The position numbers and the translations under genes were made by a program. A stretch of 64,000 nt of DNA from Phoronis australis (taxonomy: Eukaryota; Animalia; Phoronida): positions 410,062-474,061 of the forward strand of contig NMRA01000178.1 in NCBI GenBank assembly GCA_002633005.1, read 5' to 3'. Numbering within the stretch: the stretch's first letter is position 1; the number at the start of each line of letters is the position of its first letter. Shown here piece after piece: positions 1 through 12,580 of the stretch. The notes under the pieces were generated by a model that was not told the origin of the DNA, did not search any database, and saw nothing but the letters and a program-made list of their open reading frames with translations.

Positions 1-1629
1 TAACCTTACTTGCGTGCTGCAATCAAAGAGGAATGACGGATCGACTTGAAGAAACCGTACATATGAATGATGTTGGGTTTTGACTTACCGCATTGGGTAA
101 CGCCTCGACCTTACACGCAACTAGCACAACATTCACGTCTCAACCTGAGTGACGTCGGAACGAATAATAAATGTGACAAGTTGTTACTACACATCCATTT
201 GCGAAACAAGTGTGTAAGAACGCGTGAACTGGGCAATTTCAAACAATTTGTAATTCGATTGATTACATGTCTATTTCAACTCCTTTGTCTTGATTTGTAC
301 GCAATGAACGCTGGCCAGTGGCAGTTCGAGGTATTTGTGCATACTGTTTACAGCAGCTCGACGGCTTGATGTGTCAACGTGCAGACTGCTGCGGTCATAA
401 TTAGGAAATAAAAATAAATTTTCATTACGTGGAGGTGTTGAACTGAACTTGACAGCGAGCCACCAAACACTTGTAGTAAATACTGGAACTAAGAATTGGA
501 CAACAGCGAAGTAATGCTTTAGTTCGACAGGTTCACGGATCATTCGTTTTTAAATTTCACCGAGTGTTAAAATTCTGAATACTAGAACTCTACGTAGAAT
601 AAGTTGGACTGTGAACTGACTATTAAGAAATAATTAAACGGTTTATTAGTCTCTGGTTGATGTCAAGCCCACAGAGGGGCCCTAATAACCGCTAAATCTG
701 TTTCGTAACTGCATTAGGTTCATCGCAACTTTTCAAGGAAGTGGTTTACGAACAAAAATAAGTGTCCGTAATCAACTAAAGAATCTTTGAAATAGCAACA
801 TAGATTAGCCAACTAGAAATCCACAAGAGTTTCGAGTTTCAATTATTTCAAAAAATTCTCAATTAGTTAGTGTAAGCGGTTCCAAGTGTCCGTGAACATC
901 AATCTCAATCTCGTAGTGAAGACATTGGTTAATTAGAAAAAGTGCAATTTAAAAGCATAGTTCCGGACTATCCCGTCAAACTTCATAAAATGGTAAATAA
1001 AAATTAGGATCAAAAGCTCACCCTACCTCTCATTTACAATGAAGTGACTCGAAATGTGAGACTGACTGATGACATCAATACCAAAAAAGAAGTGAAAATT
1101 GACAACACAAACGGATATAGAAGACAGACGCTTACTTATTATGGAAGCTTCGATAGTCGGCAAGTTAACACCAGTTTTTAGTATATGTGGATTCAGGGGA
1201 CGTGTTACCCATGCGTAACCATACAAACAGAAAGAAAAACGAAACCGCTTTATCTTTTTGTTGCCTCGAACGTTTGTCCTCCAGAAATTATGGTGGCACC
1301 TTGTGTGTCATATAACCCTCTGCGACACCTTGGATCGGCTAGTCTGCAGGCGGATTCCAATTCTGACAAAAAGTGTACGTGTTCAACGCCACGCTCGCAG
1401 CCGTGCTAATCACAACGAAACTTCGTAGCAAAGCCATTTGGCCTTTAGTAAAACAAGGAAACATTTACAATAAATCAAGATAATTATCGGTATCAAATTG
1501 GATAAAACATGCGATTTCACGTCACAACGGGCAGCGAACGTTCAAGTTGTCTTATTAGGCCAAAGAGAAGATTGTAATAGATAACTGCCTGCGCTTTTTG
1601 AAAATTGATGCGGTGATGTGGTATTTTTT

Positions 1630-3140
1630 GGTTGTCCAAAATGATCCACTTTTTGACAAGTGATTTTTCAGCAACGTATGAACCAATTTTTTGAAATTTC
1701 TTACACATGAGCCAAAGGCTATCATCAACAAATATACAAAATATCAAAGAGATTTATGTCCAATTGTGCGAGTACTGTCAAATTAAATACACCAGGCCAA
1801 GAAATAAACTATCAAAGGGAAGCCCACTTATTTCAGTCTATATTCAATGTGGCCTCCATCCTCCTCCACGACTTAACGGATCCGTTTGTTCCAACCAGAA
1901 ATACTTTTCTGTGTTTCTTCCATCGAGATTTCCTCCCATGACATAATTATCCTGTCTTTTAACTCGTGCTCAGTGAATTTACCTCTCATTTCCCGGTAAA
2001 CTTTCTCCTTCAGAGAGTCCCATATGGCGCTGTCCATTGGATTGCAGTCACGACTGAGCGGTGGCCACTCTTCCTTTTGATTAGTTAAGTTGTGTCCTCC
2101 TCCAGATGAGCCTGGGTTACCTTGCTCGTCTGTCAAGGAGTCCCATCTTGCTGAAACAGGTAATTGTTTCCAGGGTAAAGTCGCCTGCAATCTGTGAGAA
2201 CATTTTCATCCAATAACTGCATGTAGCGATGACTGGTAAGTTTGGCTCTATGAGTGTCAATAAAATGAATATTTGTTTATCCTTCCCAAGATACTCCAGA
2301 GGAAACCATTACTTTTTTGTAAAATCTGGAAGTCCCATGATAAAGTCGTTTTTGTTTCCCATAAACACGGTAGTTTTAGTGAAATGATAAAATAATTATT
2401 TCCACATCAGTAGCTGAATAGCCGTCATGCAAGTAGCGGCGTCGAGTTTTCCTTTTCCTTTTAACAGTTTGATCTCTCCGCGACACCCACATTCTCTTGA
2501 AGGGTTTTAACTCCTGTTTTTTGCCATTCTCTGCACAGAAGACATGCTCACTTGTAAATCCCTCGCCACTTCTCTCAGAGATTTGTGATTCCCCGGATTG
2601 TCCTCCGAGGATTAAATCAGTTCTTCAACACGATCCTCGTTTTCTTTCAAACATGCAGTTTTGGGTCCCCCACTGCCACTTTTACATGCAACAGACCATG
2701 TGTTGCGTATTTTAGCAACAGTCGCACGACTACATCCTTTTCCTGGGGACTCCCTTACGATTCTTCTCTTATCCACCCTTACTCCTTGAAACAGGTTTTA
2801 AATGTACATTTATCACTTTCACTCAAAGGCATCCTTACAAACCGGGATATTGGACAGAACTGATTTGGATACAGATCTGACAATGAAAAAACAGTAGACC
2901 TAGGCAGGCAATTTTATTGACTGACATATGCCAACACAGCATGAACACGATGAAAATCACAGTGATATTGCATTTTGACCCCGCTGTTTTGAATTTCGCA
3001 GTACGTCCAAAAATTTTTATATTTCTCTAGGATACTTTGTAGACTTGTTGAAGACACCCTGAAGATACATTGTGGAAAATTTGAAAAAATTGATGAGAAA
3101 TTACTTGTCAAAAGTGGCTTACTTTCTGAGGCACCTGGGA
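1630..3140 (-). mobile_element. Degenerate Tc1/mariner-superfamily transposon, DD37D (maT-like) transposase pseudogene
   Basis: Minus strand reads YLFQQDGTP*QTS...EEWPPLSRDCNPMDSAIWDSLKEKVY, matching the FQQDGAPAH / WPPxSPDLNPxD motifs. Restoring one lost base gives 37 residues between the 2nd and 3rd catalytic Asp. Degenerate inverted ends: ccactttttgacaagtgattt...caattttttgaaattt (~1645-1700) vs reverse complement of ~3075-3120. Stops and frameshifts present; end coordinates approximate. Confidence 0.85.
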
Positions 3141-3989
3141 TACTTTAAAAAAGAAAAATGCTTGCTGAAATGGGTCAGGATCACTCTTATTTTTTCACAC
3201 CTAGCATCACCTGATACCAGACGCAGGCTACGATCCGTCAGGCGCGAGAACCACGCGAAAACGTAAAAACAGGGATGACTTTGCGAGATATCGACTGTTG
3301 TAGATTTAAATGCTATGGTTTTTTAGATGTTTTCTGAAAGAACGAGCATTGTGATAAAGTCTCGCTCGAAGCCAAAGAAAATAGCAGAACTGCACTGAAT
3401 GCCGTAGACGTAAGAATCTCGCTTGTAATACACGGTGATATCTCGCGAAGACTACGGAACACACGCCTGATACTGGTTTGGACCCGACTCACTATGAAAT
3501 CTGCCTCTCATTGTTAAAGATAAAAAGCACCAGGCGGCATCGTCTTTGCCAGAAACGGTCTACCGGAGTAAAGGCCAGTTGCGTCACTGGGCCGCTGAAG
3601 CTGGTAATAATAAAATATCGCAGCACTTCAGCTCATATCGGATAACGTTTTGGAAAAATCCACACTCAACCGAAAAATACCGTATCACCGTATCACAAAC
3701 CAGAACATGTTTTGGTTTTGACCTACCCATAACATTTATTTGATCATCAAAAACGTCACAAATTAAAAAGTTTTAAAAACGTAGTTAAAAAGAAACTGAC
3801 CCAAAAGTAGGTATTTGAATAAGATATAAATGGATTTCAGTTGCTAGAAGACAAACTGGTTGGTTCTGGAAATGACATTTCTAACAATGTCCTAACAAAT
3901 GGCCGAAACTATGTGATCTACAGTAAAGTCAAAAGCCGTCACTTGACGCTCTTTAAAATTAAAAAAGAAATGAAAAGCACAAAACTGCG

Positions 3990-4300
3990 CGAGTTTCATT
4001 TCGTACTCACGAACATCGATTTCATAGAATTTCAGACATCTGTCATAATGGGACACAGTCGGTTTTATGGCCACAAACGCACTTTTGGGATTATTACCGG
4101 GGTCAAGGTCAAACTTGTTGAAATGATTTGCTTTGATCAGAACAAAAACCGTTGTTTTTGAGAGCTCATTAAAAATCGTGCTTTCGATCTGAAGTAAACA
4201 ATATTGTGTCCAAATACGTCATTTCAAATGGTCAAATTCCGTCGCTTTTGCTCTGATCAATTTCTCACCAATCAGAAAATCTCAGATTAAAATCCATAAA
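3990..4300. repeat. Degenerate interspersed repeat; inverted relative at ~54530-54800
   Basis: Shared blocks aaacgcacttttgggattatt / aaaacgcattttggggattact and gctttgatcagaacaaaaac / gctttgatcagagttaaaaac (second copy read as reverse complement). Confidence 0.5.
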
Positions 4301-4916
4301 AATTTCGTCACGAAATGTTAATTGATGATGTGTTGAACGGAAATTGCCCCAGGAAAAATATCACGATGATGGATTTGACGGCACGATAGAAAACACAACA
4401 CACATTTATCACAAATGTTTTAATATCCCATTTGTTCCTGCTTCAAGACATTCAGTTAACGTAAACACGCTGACACACATATAGATCCCGAGAACTTCAG
4501 TGACCAGCAATTAAGTCCGTTAGGAACAAACATGGCTGAAACCACGGAAGGATATGTACATTAAAATGTTGAGGACTGTTGACTTAAGCGCCATCTGAAC
4601 TTTTTTAATGTGGAACAAGGGTAAATAAATGCTACGAGATTACATAAAGTTAATTATTTAGTGATGTGTGCGTCATTTACTTCATAGAAATTAAAACTTG
4701 TTTACAACTAAGGCCCTTGAAAACACACATTCTAATATATCATGTTAATTTATGTAAGCAACACAAGTTTTCCCATCGAGTAATTTATAGTAGAATCTGT
4801 AAAATTCATGATGGCCACCGAATACTTTGGCGACACTCAACTTTATATGTACGCAAACATTGACAATTCAAGACACTCTTTCCGTTTCAATTCAAGTTCT
4901 ATTCTTTAAATAGATT

Positions 4917-5085
4917 CAGTGGCGGATTTAGGCGGGTGGGGGGTGGGGGTGGGGGAAGGGAGCCATGCTCCCCTAAAATTCTCTCAGATTCCATTTGGCA
5001 GTTCGGGGTTGCGAATGTCTGACGGGCAAAATCCTGGCTATTACTCTGTCCTGCCTCCCAACTCAAAATCCTGGATCCGCCCCTG
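4917..5085. mobile_element. Short MITE with CAG(T/G)GGCGGAT termini (hAT-like), copy 1
   Basis: Starts cagtggcggatttag and ends ctggatccgcccctg (inverted). Internal ccctaaaattctctcagattccat...gggcaaaatcctggct is shared with 27919-28077. Confidence 0.8.
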
Positions 5086-5609
5086 AAATTGGTTAGCCAA
5101 ATGAAGATCCTCTAGCACGTGCGTGTCATCGAATAACCATAATTTAATGCAGAATTCTAAAAATCATTTTTGAATTTCTCGTGGTGCACCACCTAAGTAC
5201 CCGCTCCATGTAGGTGAGCAAAATTGAACTCCGCCATTTTGAATTGCCAATAAAACGCAAACGTATGGAGGACTTTGATTTACGTAATGTTCCTGTGTTC
5301 ATGACGTCACTCTTTCGGTGTTAAACTGGTCGAAATAAAGAAAGGAAGAGTTATGTAAATCATAAACGCACTCTAAACTTTCTAATTGGATGAAGATATG
5401 AGCCGTCATTCGCTTTACTAAGATTGTGCTTCATTTTAGTTGCCAAAGGTTAAAAAATTACACATTATTTATGATTCTCTCAGAGGGTTAATTCTTAATC
5501 AATTTAGTACAGACAGTAGTCTCCCGGGGCGAGCGTGATCGCTCAAATTCACGTAACCGCCAGTATTGTGACCGAGGTTCCGACGATTTTAAAAAACTAA
5601 GTTCACGAC

Positions 5610-5664
5610 GTGTGCTTTCACAGGCGACTTGACATANGTGTGCTTTCCCAGGCGACTTGACATA
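5610..5664. repeat. 27-bp tandem duplication separated by a single N (probable assembly join artefact)
   Basis: gtgtgctttcacaggcgacttgacata-n-gtgtgctttcccaggcgacttgacata. Confidence 0.7.
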
Positions 5665-6866
5665 AGACGTACAGTAAGAGTCATGCCGCAGTCTCGAAGG
5701 TAATAGCTGAAGAACGAAAAGAAAGGTTCGAAAAGTGGAATGTTATGAAATCATTCGAACAGCAAATTACGCAGCAAATAATGCAAGACAGTGAACAGTG
5801 AAGTAATTCAGAGACGAATCTGTCTTTAGGGGGGAGAAATTATTACTATAAAACTTTTACACCCGGGAATATTTACATAACCTTTCTGTTGGATTGATAA
5901 AATAGAAAAGATGTCTGTCTTAGGAAGTGTTAGAATCACGTGCCAATTATAAGAACACAAAGCAATGGTTAAGATAGATTATTATGTTTAAACCCAACAC
6001 AGATTATGGACTTAAGTGGATCATAGACTGATCAACAACATTTAGATTCATTTAGCTCAATTTTTGTTACTGTTTCAGATCGCTAGCTTCTAATGGAGGA
6101 TGAAATTGGCATTCCGTAAGCGAGTTTGATGCAATAATTCACAAAGGTGATCATAGCATGCGCAATGTCAACCGATACTAGTTCGCATTTATGTTCTGTG
6201 TTGAGAATGCCTTTCCTATGGCTCGTAGAAATCTCTGGCTAATGCCGAAAGCCGCGAAAGTGATTCTACACGTCGGGTCTTTTCTTAGACCGTCTTTTGA
6301 CATAATTCAGCCCATAGAAAATATCAAAACGTACAACGTGGTAGCCGCTAATACCAACCTTCCCCGTACGGCTGTCTGGAAACGATCTTACAGGATCACG
6401 CGTTGATATGATTCCGTCCACTTGGTACGGCAGAATCACAAAATTGTTAGTTTACTTCGCAAACCACCACTAGCGCCATTATCTTAGTGATATCTGGTCA
6501 GATTATCTCCCCATGCAACCAGATGCAGTATTTCTAGACGAAAAAATAAAGCAATGCCAATGCCGGACCACTCCTGTTTTTGATAACTTCACCTGCTTCC
6601 TTTTCTCGTAAATTGTACCTTTGACAAGCTATTTTCGGACTCACGAAATGTCAGGCAATTTCCACGACATGTGGTTTGGCAGTGCTGCTGGGTGAGCCGC
6701 GTTGTGGACGAGACGGTCTCGCCACCTGGTGATTGCGAAGCTGCTAATTGCCAGTGTTTCAAACACCCTCACTAGATATAGCAAAATTTCACCAAATAAT
6801 ACTTGCTGAAAACTGTCCCTAATGCGACACTGTAATCCGAAATCCCGTGACCACCAACACAGGGGT

Positions 6867-7670
6867 CGGTCTCGTCACCAAGCCCCAAGATGGCGCTGAA
6901 AGGCTTAGCCATTTGAGGCTTGGTTATGGGAATTACCCTCTGCACAATGATTGGCCACTGCCTTGACGTCATTAAAATAAAGGCAGATTTTAATTATTTT
7001 CACAGACGTTGTTGCTGCCATTCATGAAGCAGAAGGCATTGTTTTGGTTATTGTTTGAAATAAAGGTTATTCCCGTACTTATTTTCAATTCATTCTATTA
7101 ATAGTATCGTAGAAATTAATCTGTTTTCGAATCAAAATACATCATTTTTGCCTTAATTTAGACCTAAATTGCTACAACATACCATTTTTTACTTTTGTGT
7201 TTTACTACTTAAAATTTCAAAGTTATATTACTCGTGATATTCCAGCATTTCCGTAAAAATATGGGATTACACGGCGAGAGAAAGTGCGTGACCTAGTTTT
7301 GGAAATCAGGCACATTTTCGTGTCTCTCATTGATGTCGCGAAGGCAAAGAATTTCAGATCACGCATCCTCGGGTATTTGTCCAGATTATCAAACTTTTTC
7401 ACGTTGGAGTTGAAGCCCACAGCACAGCAGTGAAATGACTTCGTTGGCTTTGAAAGGACGAATGGAGTAATACAACTCAGAAAAACTTGTAAAGAATCAG
7501 ACAACAACAAGTGACATGTGAAACTCCAGTGGCACGAAAACAAGGCAGCAAGTGTGTCTGGAGGATGTTTACCGCATTGCGGGTAAATACAGCGCGATTC
7601 GAGTGTAGCAAAACCAAGCCTCAAATGGCTAAACCGATCAGCGCCATCTTGAGGTTTGGAGACGAGGCTG
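6867..7670. mobile_element. MITE family A (~58-bp TIRs, possibly MuDR-derived), copy 1 with captured internal fragment
   Basis: Left cggtctcgtcaccaagccccaagatggcgctgaaaggcttagccatttgaggcttggtt vs reverse-complemented right cagcctcgtctccaaacctcaagatggcgctgatcggtttagccatttgaggcttggtt. The body matches 38550-39052 and 56060-56434. Confidence 0.85.
7264..7607 (-). mobile_element. Nested, terminally truncated copy of the Kolobok-like THAP-remnant MITE
   Basis: The reverse complement aligns with 17632-18000. Translations LLSDSLQVFLSCIT..HCCAVGFNSNVKKFD..KYPRMRDLKFFAF vs LLSDSLQVFLSCIT..YYCVVGYTSDVRKFD..KNPRMCDVKFFNFP. Confidence 0.75.
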
Positions 7671-8817
7671 CGTAGGGATGAAGATTGGTGTCACAACTAA
7701 ATTGCCACTAGGGGGCGTAACTGTGGTATTCGTACTTGTATTGTATCCAGCCTCTTTGATTAAAATCAGTCAATGTAACCTAAAATTTCAAACAATGTTC
7801 ATTGGGTGCCGTTTATTTAAAAACCTATGTCATGTTGAAAGAATTTCGTTTGACGATACGTTTCAAAGTTCGTTTTGTACTGGTTTAAGAATATCCTTAA
7901 ATTGTACGGAGCTGTGAAATCACACCTATATGTACGTAAATGTTTTTGGTCTAAGTTATAAAAAATAATATTTTTTAAAAGACTGAAATCTGAATAACAC
8001 AAAGAACTGATTGAACTGGCACACCAGCGAGGAGAAACAACTTCACATTTGACAATTCTATTGTTTTCCGCAACACTCCCAATCAATTTAGTACACATAG
8101 TTATAAATGGGAATTTATATCAGCATGTGCCTAAAGTAATACAATTTAATTTGGTTCTAGATGTGACATCTACAGCGGGTAAGATGAGTATGATCAACGA
8201 TATTTAATGCAGCTGCATCAACCCTTATCAAACCACAGGCGGAGACTTGTTGGTGTACGTTTCATCAAGACTCTTTAAAAAAACGCAAATCGTTACCAAG
8301 ATAACTTTCAGGAAAAATATCACTGAACACACATTTCGTCATAAAAACGTTACTTTTATGAATAAATAGAAGCTGCCAATATTTCATTAACTTTACAAAA
8401 AGTCAACGTTTCAAGCAAATTGCATTACACCATTGCACACTGATGAAATATTGGAATACTTTGCAACTGACCAAAAATTAGTGATTGAGGGGTACGAATT
8501 AAAACTCCAATAATTTGATAAATGTTCATCAATTTTCAATTTTAACTTTTTTTAGAATAGCACAAAGTTGTGTTCTGCATTTCACACGCATGACCTAAAT
8601 TGTTTCAAAAATGTTGCTGTTGATTGCAAATGACATTGGGAGATGAGGAAATTGTTGGCTGACAAAGGACTAGATTTTCACGAATTTGAATCTGTTAAAT
8701 TGTCACCTTTTTGTGTCCAGAGGTGTGTCCTGATTGTGATTTCAGTGGGGTGAGTATCCCTGGTAAACGTCAACGAAAAGTAATCGCGTTTGTCCCACTT
8801 TTTCCTTTTCCTTCACA

Positions 8818-8869
8818 TTTCCTACGTCATCGTACATTTCCTACGTCATCGTACATTTGCTACGTCATA
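8818..8869. repeat. 19-bp minisatellite, about 2.7 copies
   Basis: tttcctacgtcatcgtaca repeated in tandem. Confidence 0.8.
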
Positions 8870-11859
8870 TCACCACCCCTTCCGCACTCATTCAGTTGAA
8901 ACAACTTGTGAAAGCCAAGTACAAACTTCAAAATGACTCCGGCATTTGTAATTAAAGTAGTTTTGTACTGGTGGCGATGTGAGTTTTTAAAATTTTATTT
9001 TCACCATTTTGCTCGTTTGATTGGTTTAGTTTAACCAGCACTGTTTAAATGTGGTTGATGAAAGGCCTGAGACCTATGTTTGGCCAATGGTAATGATTGG
9101 TACACGAACTCTGAATTTCAATATTTTGTCATTTTTTTAACAAATTTATTGTCAAATTACACGAAAATGTGCAACTGTAAGCTCGGGAAGTTTTTACGTT
9201 TGAAAAGTACGCATGTTAATAAGGCGAAAACGTCATAATAAAGATGCCAGGTAAAAGTAATCAACAGCTCATAGGCCACTGACTACTGTATAACGACGAG
9301 TAGACGACCGAGGCCGTCCACCAGTCGTTATAGCCATTGACCTTGAGCTGTAGCTCGGAGAGACCTCTGTTGGGACAAAATAGATTCATAAGCTACTGAC
9401 ATACGAGGCACATAGCTGAGCTTTAGAGCAAGTGGCAACGTTCTGGGAGACTCGCCAAATGGTGATACAGTCAAGTGTATGAGTTACCATTAAGGCCCTT
9501 TGCTTTATACACAAATACAATTAATTCAAGTTCACAACGGTTAATAGACCATGTCGCCATTTTATTGTTGCAGGAATTTGAACTTATTCGCGGCGCCGGC
9601 TTAACAACAAAGAAAACATTCGCCCAAGAAAATTTATGTCTAAAACAACACCAATGCTCATTTAACTTATTCTGATGACAATGTGTTAAACAACTGTGCT
9701 TGGTTGCGAACGGAAGCAAACTGAAATTGGATTTTTACTGCGTCAAAGGATCAGGAAATGACTGGAATGTAGTAGACAGCACTGAACAAGCGCATACGTC
9801 CGCCGACTAGGACAGCAAGTACCCATAAAGTGCTACCCTTGCAAACTCTTCCCTATATAGGAATTCAGTGAATAAAATCTACTGAGAAAAATTGCATTAT
9901 AAATATCCCAAGCACTAATCGTTTGATTTTTTAAATGATTTTATATACTCGCACGCGGTGTTGTTTTAAATCAGGCTCGCTTGGAACAGATCGCAGTTGA
10001 GCTGTATGAATGAGAACCTTCTGGATAAACCTGCCCGCGATGTGTTGATGAGTCCACGTAACCATTCCTTCACTGGAAGAGTTCTAGAACAGGTGTGAAG
10101 AATGAGAAGTCAGACCCTATCGACAGACTTCAGTTGAACGCATTCCGACTGATACGTCATCAAACAACGCGGTTCTGCACGACGACTACCGCATTGTCTT
10201 CTTGTGACGCAATGGGAGATTACGTGACAAATTTCCCGCGCAATTCAGTATTTGATGATTATCGTAATTGCAGTTAAATTAATGCAGTCCTAAATCTATT
10301 AAATAAATAATATTGATGAACTTCAAAAATTTTCCCAGACACAAATTGACATAGCTGAATATACAGATAACTTGTTTATATTCTTGATAGTTGGACACGT
10401 AGCCATTGAGGGGTGTGCAGAATTTTGTGCCTACTAGACGGACCTTAAATGACGCCGAACAGACTTAGTACAGACGTCGGACTGGACTCAGTTGACAATG
10501 GGTGGGTGTGTAAGGAGGTGGCATCACCATGGTTATTGCGCGTAGGAGTCTTGATGCATTGTACATCCACCGCACGGCAGCTAAATATGAAACTACCGGA
10601 TTCAGCTCGAAAGTCGGCATGTAAAAGACAAACTATTGCAATAAAGATTTGAAGCACGCGATAAAGCATTGAATGTTTTGCTTAATGAAATGGCGCTTCA
10701 TTTATTTGAGCGGACGTCTTGAGTGGAACTATTCCTGAAATTTTCGATTGAACGTTTGCCCGGCCATGCGCGCTGACAGTTATAATGCACTGTTCAAAGT
10801 CAATTTTAGACGCATGTGTATTCAAGCGTATATGTACGCGGAAACACTGAACTGCGCTCACGCGTGCCTGGAAATAAAACATGAGCTTCTATTTGTCATT
10901 AAAACAGATAACATTAAGGTTATTCAGGATCCTAAAAATGTCCAGACTCTGGCTAACTTCGGAGTATCAGATCTCAGAACTGGCTGATCTGATTCAGACG
11001 AAACTTTCTCATACTGTATGCTTTATGCACTCTCAGTTCACCCTTAGAAATTGCTTTTAAAGCACTGCGGCTGTTTTTGCACTGATGGGGGGGGGGGCTA
11101 TCAATAATAGTAGGTTGCATCGAACGGAAACGAAATGACGTAACAGCATTTTGGGATATTTTGCAATCTAGTGTTGTTTGTGATCCCGTAGTTTTGCTAT
11201 AAGTTAGTTTTACTAACTTGTACTAAAAATCCATTGTCACCTGACCCAATTAATGACACATCGGTAAAAAGTTAAAAGTGCACAGGCTATTTACTTTCAA
11301 TGATGTACTTTTAAAGATGTAATATCTATATTGTTTTAGATAATTGTCTAAATTCACGGTCTTGTTGATAATGTCCTACATAAACATACGCACGTTAGGT
11401 GCCTAGTTAGTCGACCTCAATACCATATCGTTTGCATAGACTTCTACTAGTAGTCAATCTACCACAAAAAAGCTGTTGACATCGTGTACTCTATGAAAGT
11501 TGAAAGAAATCTCGTTGATCCTTGAACCCGAAGAATTTCACATTTTCATAGGACTGGAATGAAGGCGTGCACCATATTCCTGCGGTCGTGTTGCGTGGAA
11601 GACTTCTGTGTTGTATATAATAAGTTAAACATTTATTAGTTCAAACATAGGAAACCCCCCCCAGCGCCTCTGGAGGCAAATAAAAGAGTGCGCTCGATTA
11701 CCACCAGAAGCCCTGTATGTCTTTCACAAGTGCGAACGCAAACGTGCATTATTTTCACATTACCGCCGAAGAACATCACGAACACTGTTGGCAATGTTAC
11801 CAATTGAACTGCTCTCGAAATGAGAACGATACCTGATTAGAAAAATATTTTTTTATGTC

Positions 11860-12050
11860 TTACACATGTGTACTGATGATATCAAACTGCATGTCCTTAA
11901 TCAAGTCTGGTCAATGTGCTTTTTAAATTGTCTCCGAAACACAGCTTCATACTCTCACACCATACTCTGCAAAAATCAATAGATTTGCAGTTTCTGAAAT
12001 CTTAAGCCAAACTGTCATTTGGGTGAGAGAGCATCACTGCTACATGCAAC
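11860..12050 (+). mobile_element. Possible highly decayed non-LTR retrotransposon RT fragment
   Basis: atgtgtactgatgatatcaaactg translates to MCTDDIKL, resembling the RT MYADDTKL motif. No extended ORF. Confidence 0.25.
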
Positions 12051-12513
12051 GTTTGCATGCGCCATTAGTCACAAGCTGGAGAGAGAGCAATGAGTTAAGA
12101 TCAAACGATTAAAAATGCTATGGTAACTAACATCAGTAGATGTGTAGGAAGGAATTGTTCGCGTGAGATTACTTATCTGCCTTGATAAAGCAGACCTCTA
12201 ACTTCGTATCGAATGATGGCCGCCTACACTGCCAGTAATTGTTGTTACAACACCTGCGTCAGAACTACCGTGAGAAATATACCTCTAAACCCAGGTTCCG
12301 TGGAAGAATCAAACTTAAAATGAAAACCACTTAACGCTATAAAATTGGTCGCAGCTTGTTCCATAATCAGATCAGAAGTGATTTTTCGTCTTGCAAAGAA
12401 CTGACAATGACGTGTTATTGCACGAGACCATGCTTGACGTGACGAGACAACTTGTAGAGCTTAATCTCAAGCAATAACGAACTGCCAGTTATTTACAAGT
12501 CTAGAAATCGTCT

Positions 12514-12580
12514 TTTCGCAAGGGGGCGGAGCTTGCGATAGGCCGATTTGACCTATCGCAAGCTCCGCCCCCTTGCGAAA
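12514..12580. repeat. Perfect hairpin: 29-bp arms, 9-nt loop
   Basis: tttcgcaagggggcggagcttgcgatagg-ccgatttga-cctatcgcaagctccgcccccttgcgaaa. Confidence 0.95.

Noticed and set aside
60-560. Possible minus-strand exon ending at a gtaagt donor near position 88
   Set aside because: No supportable reading frame or acceptor within the window.
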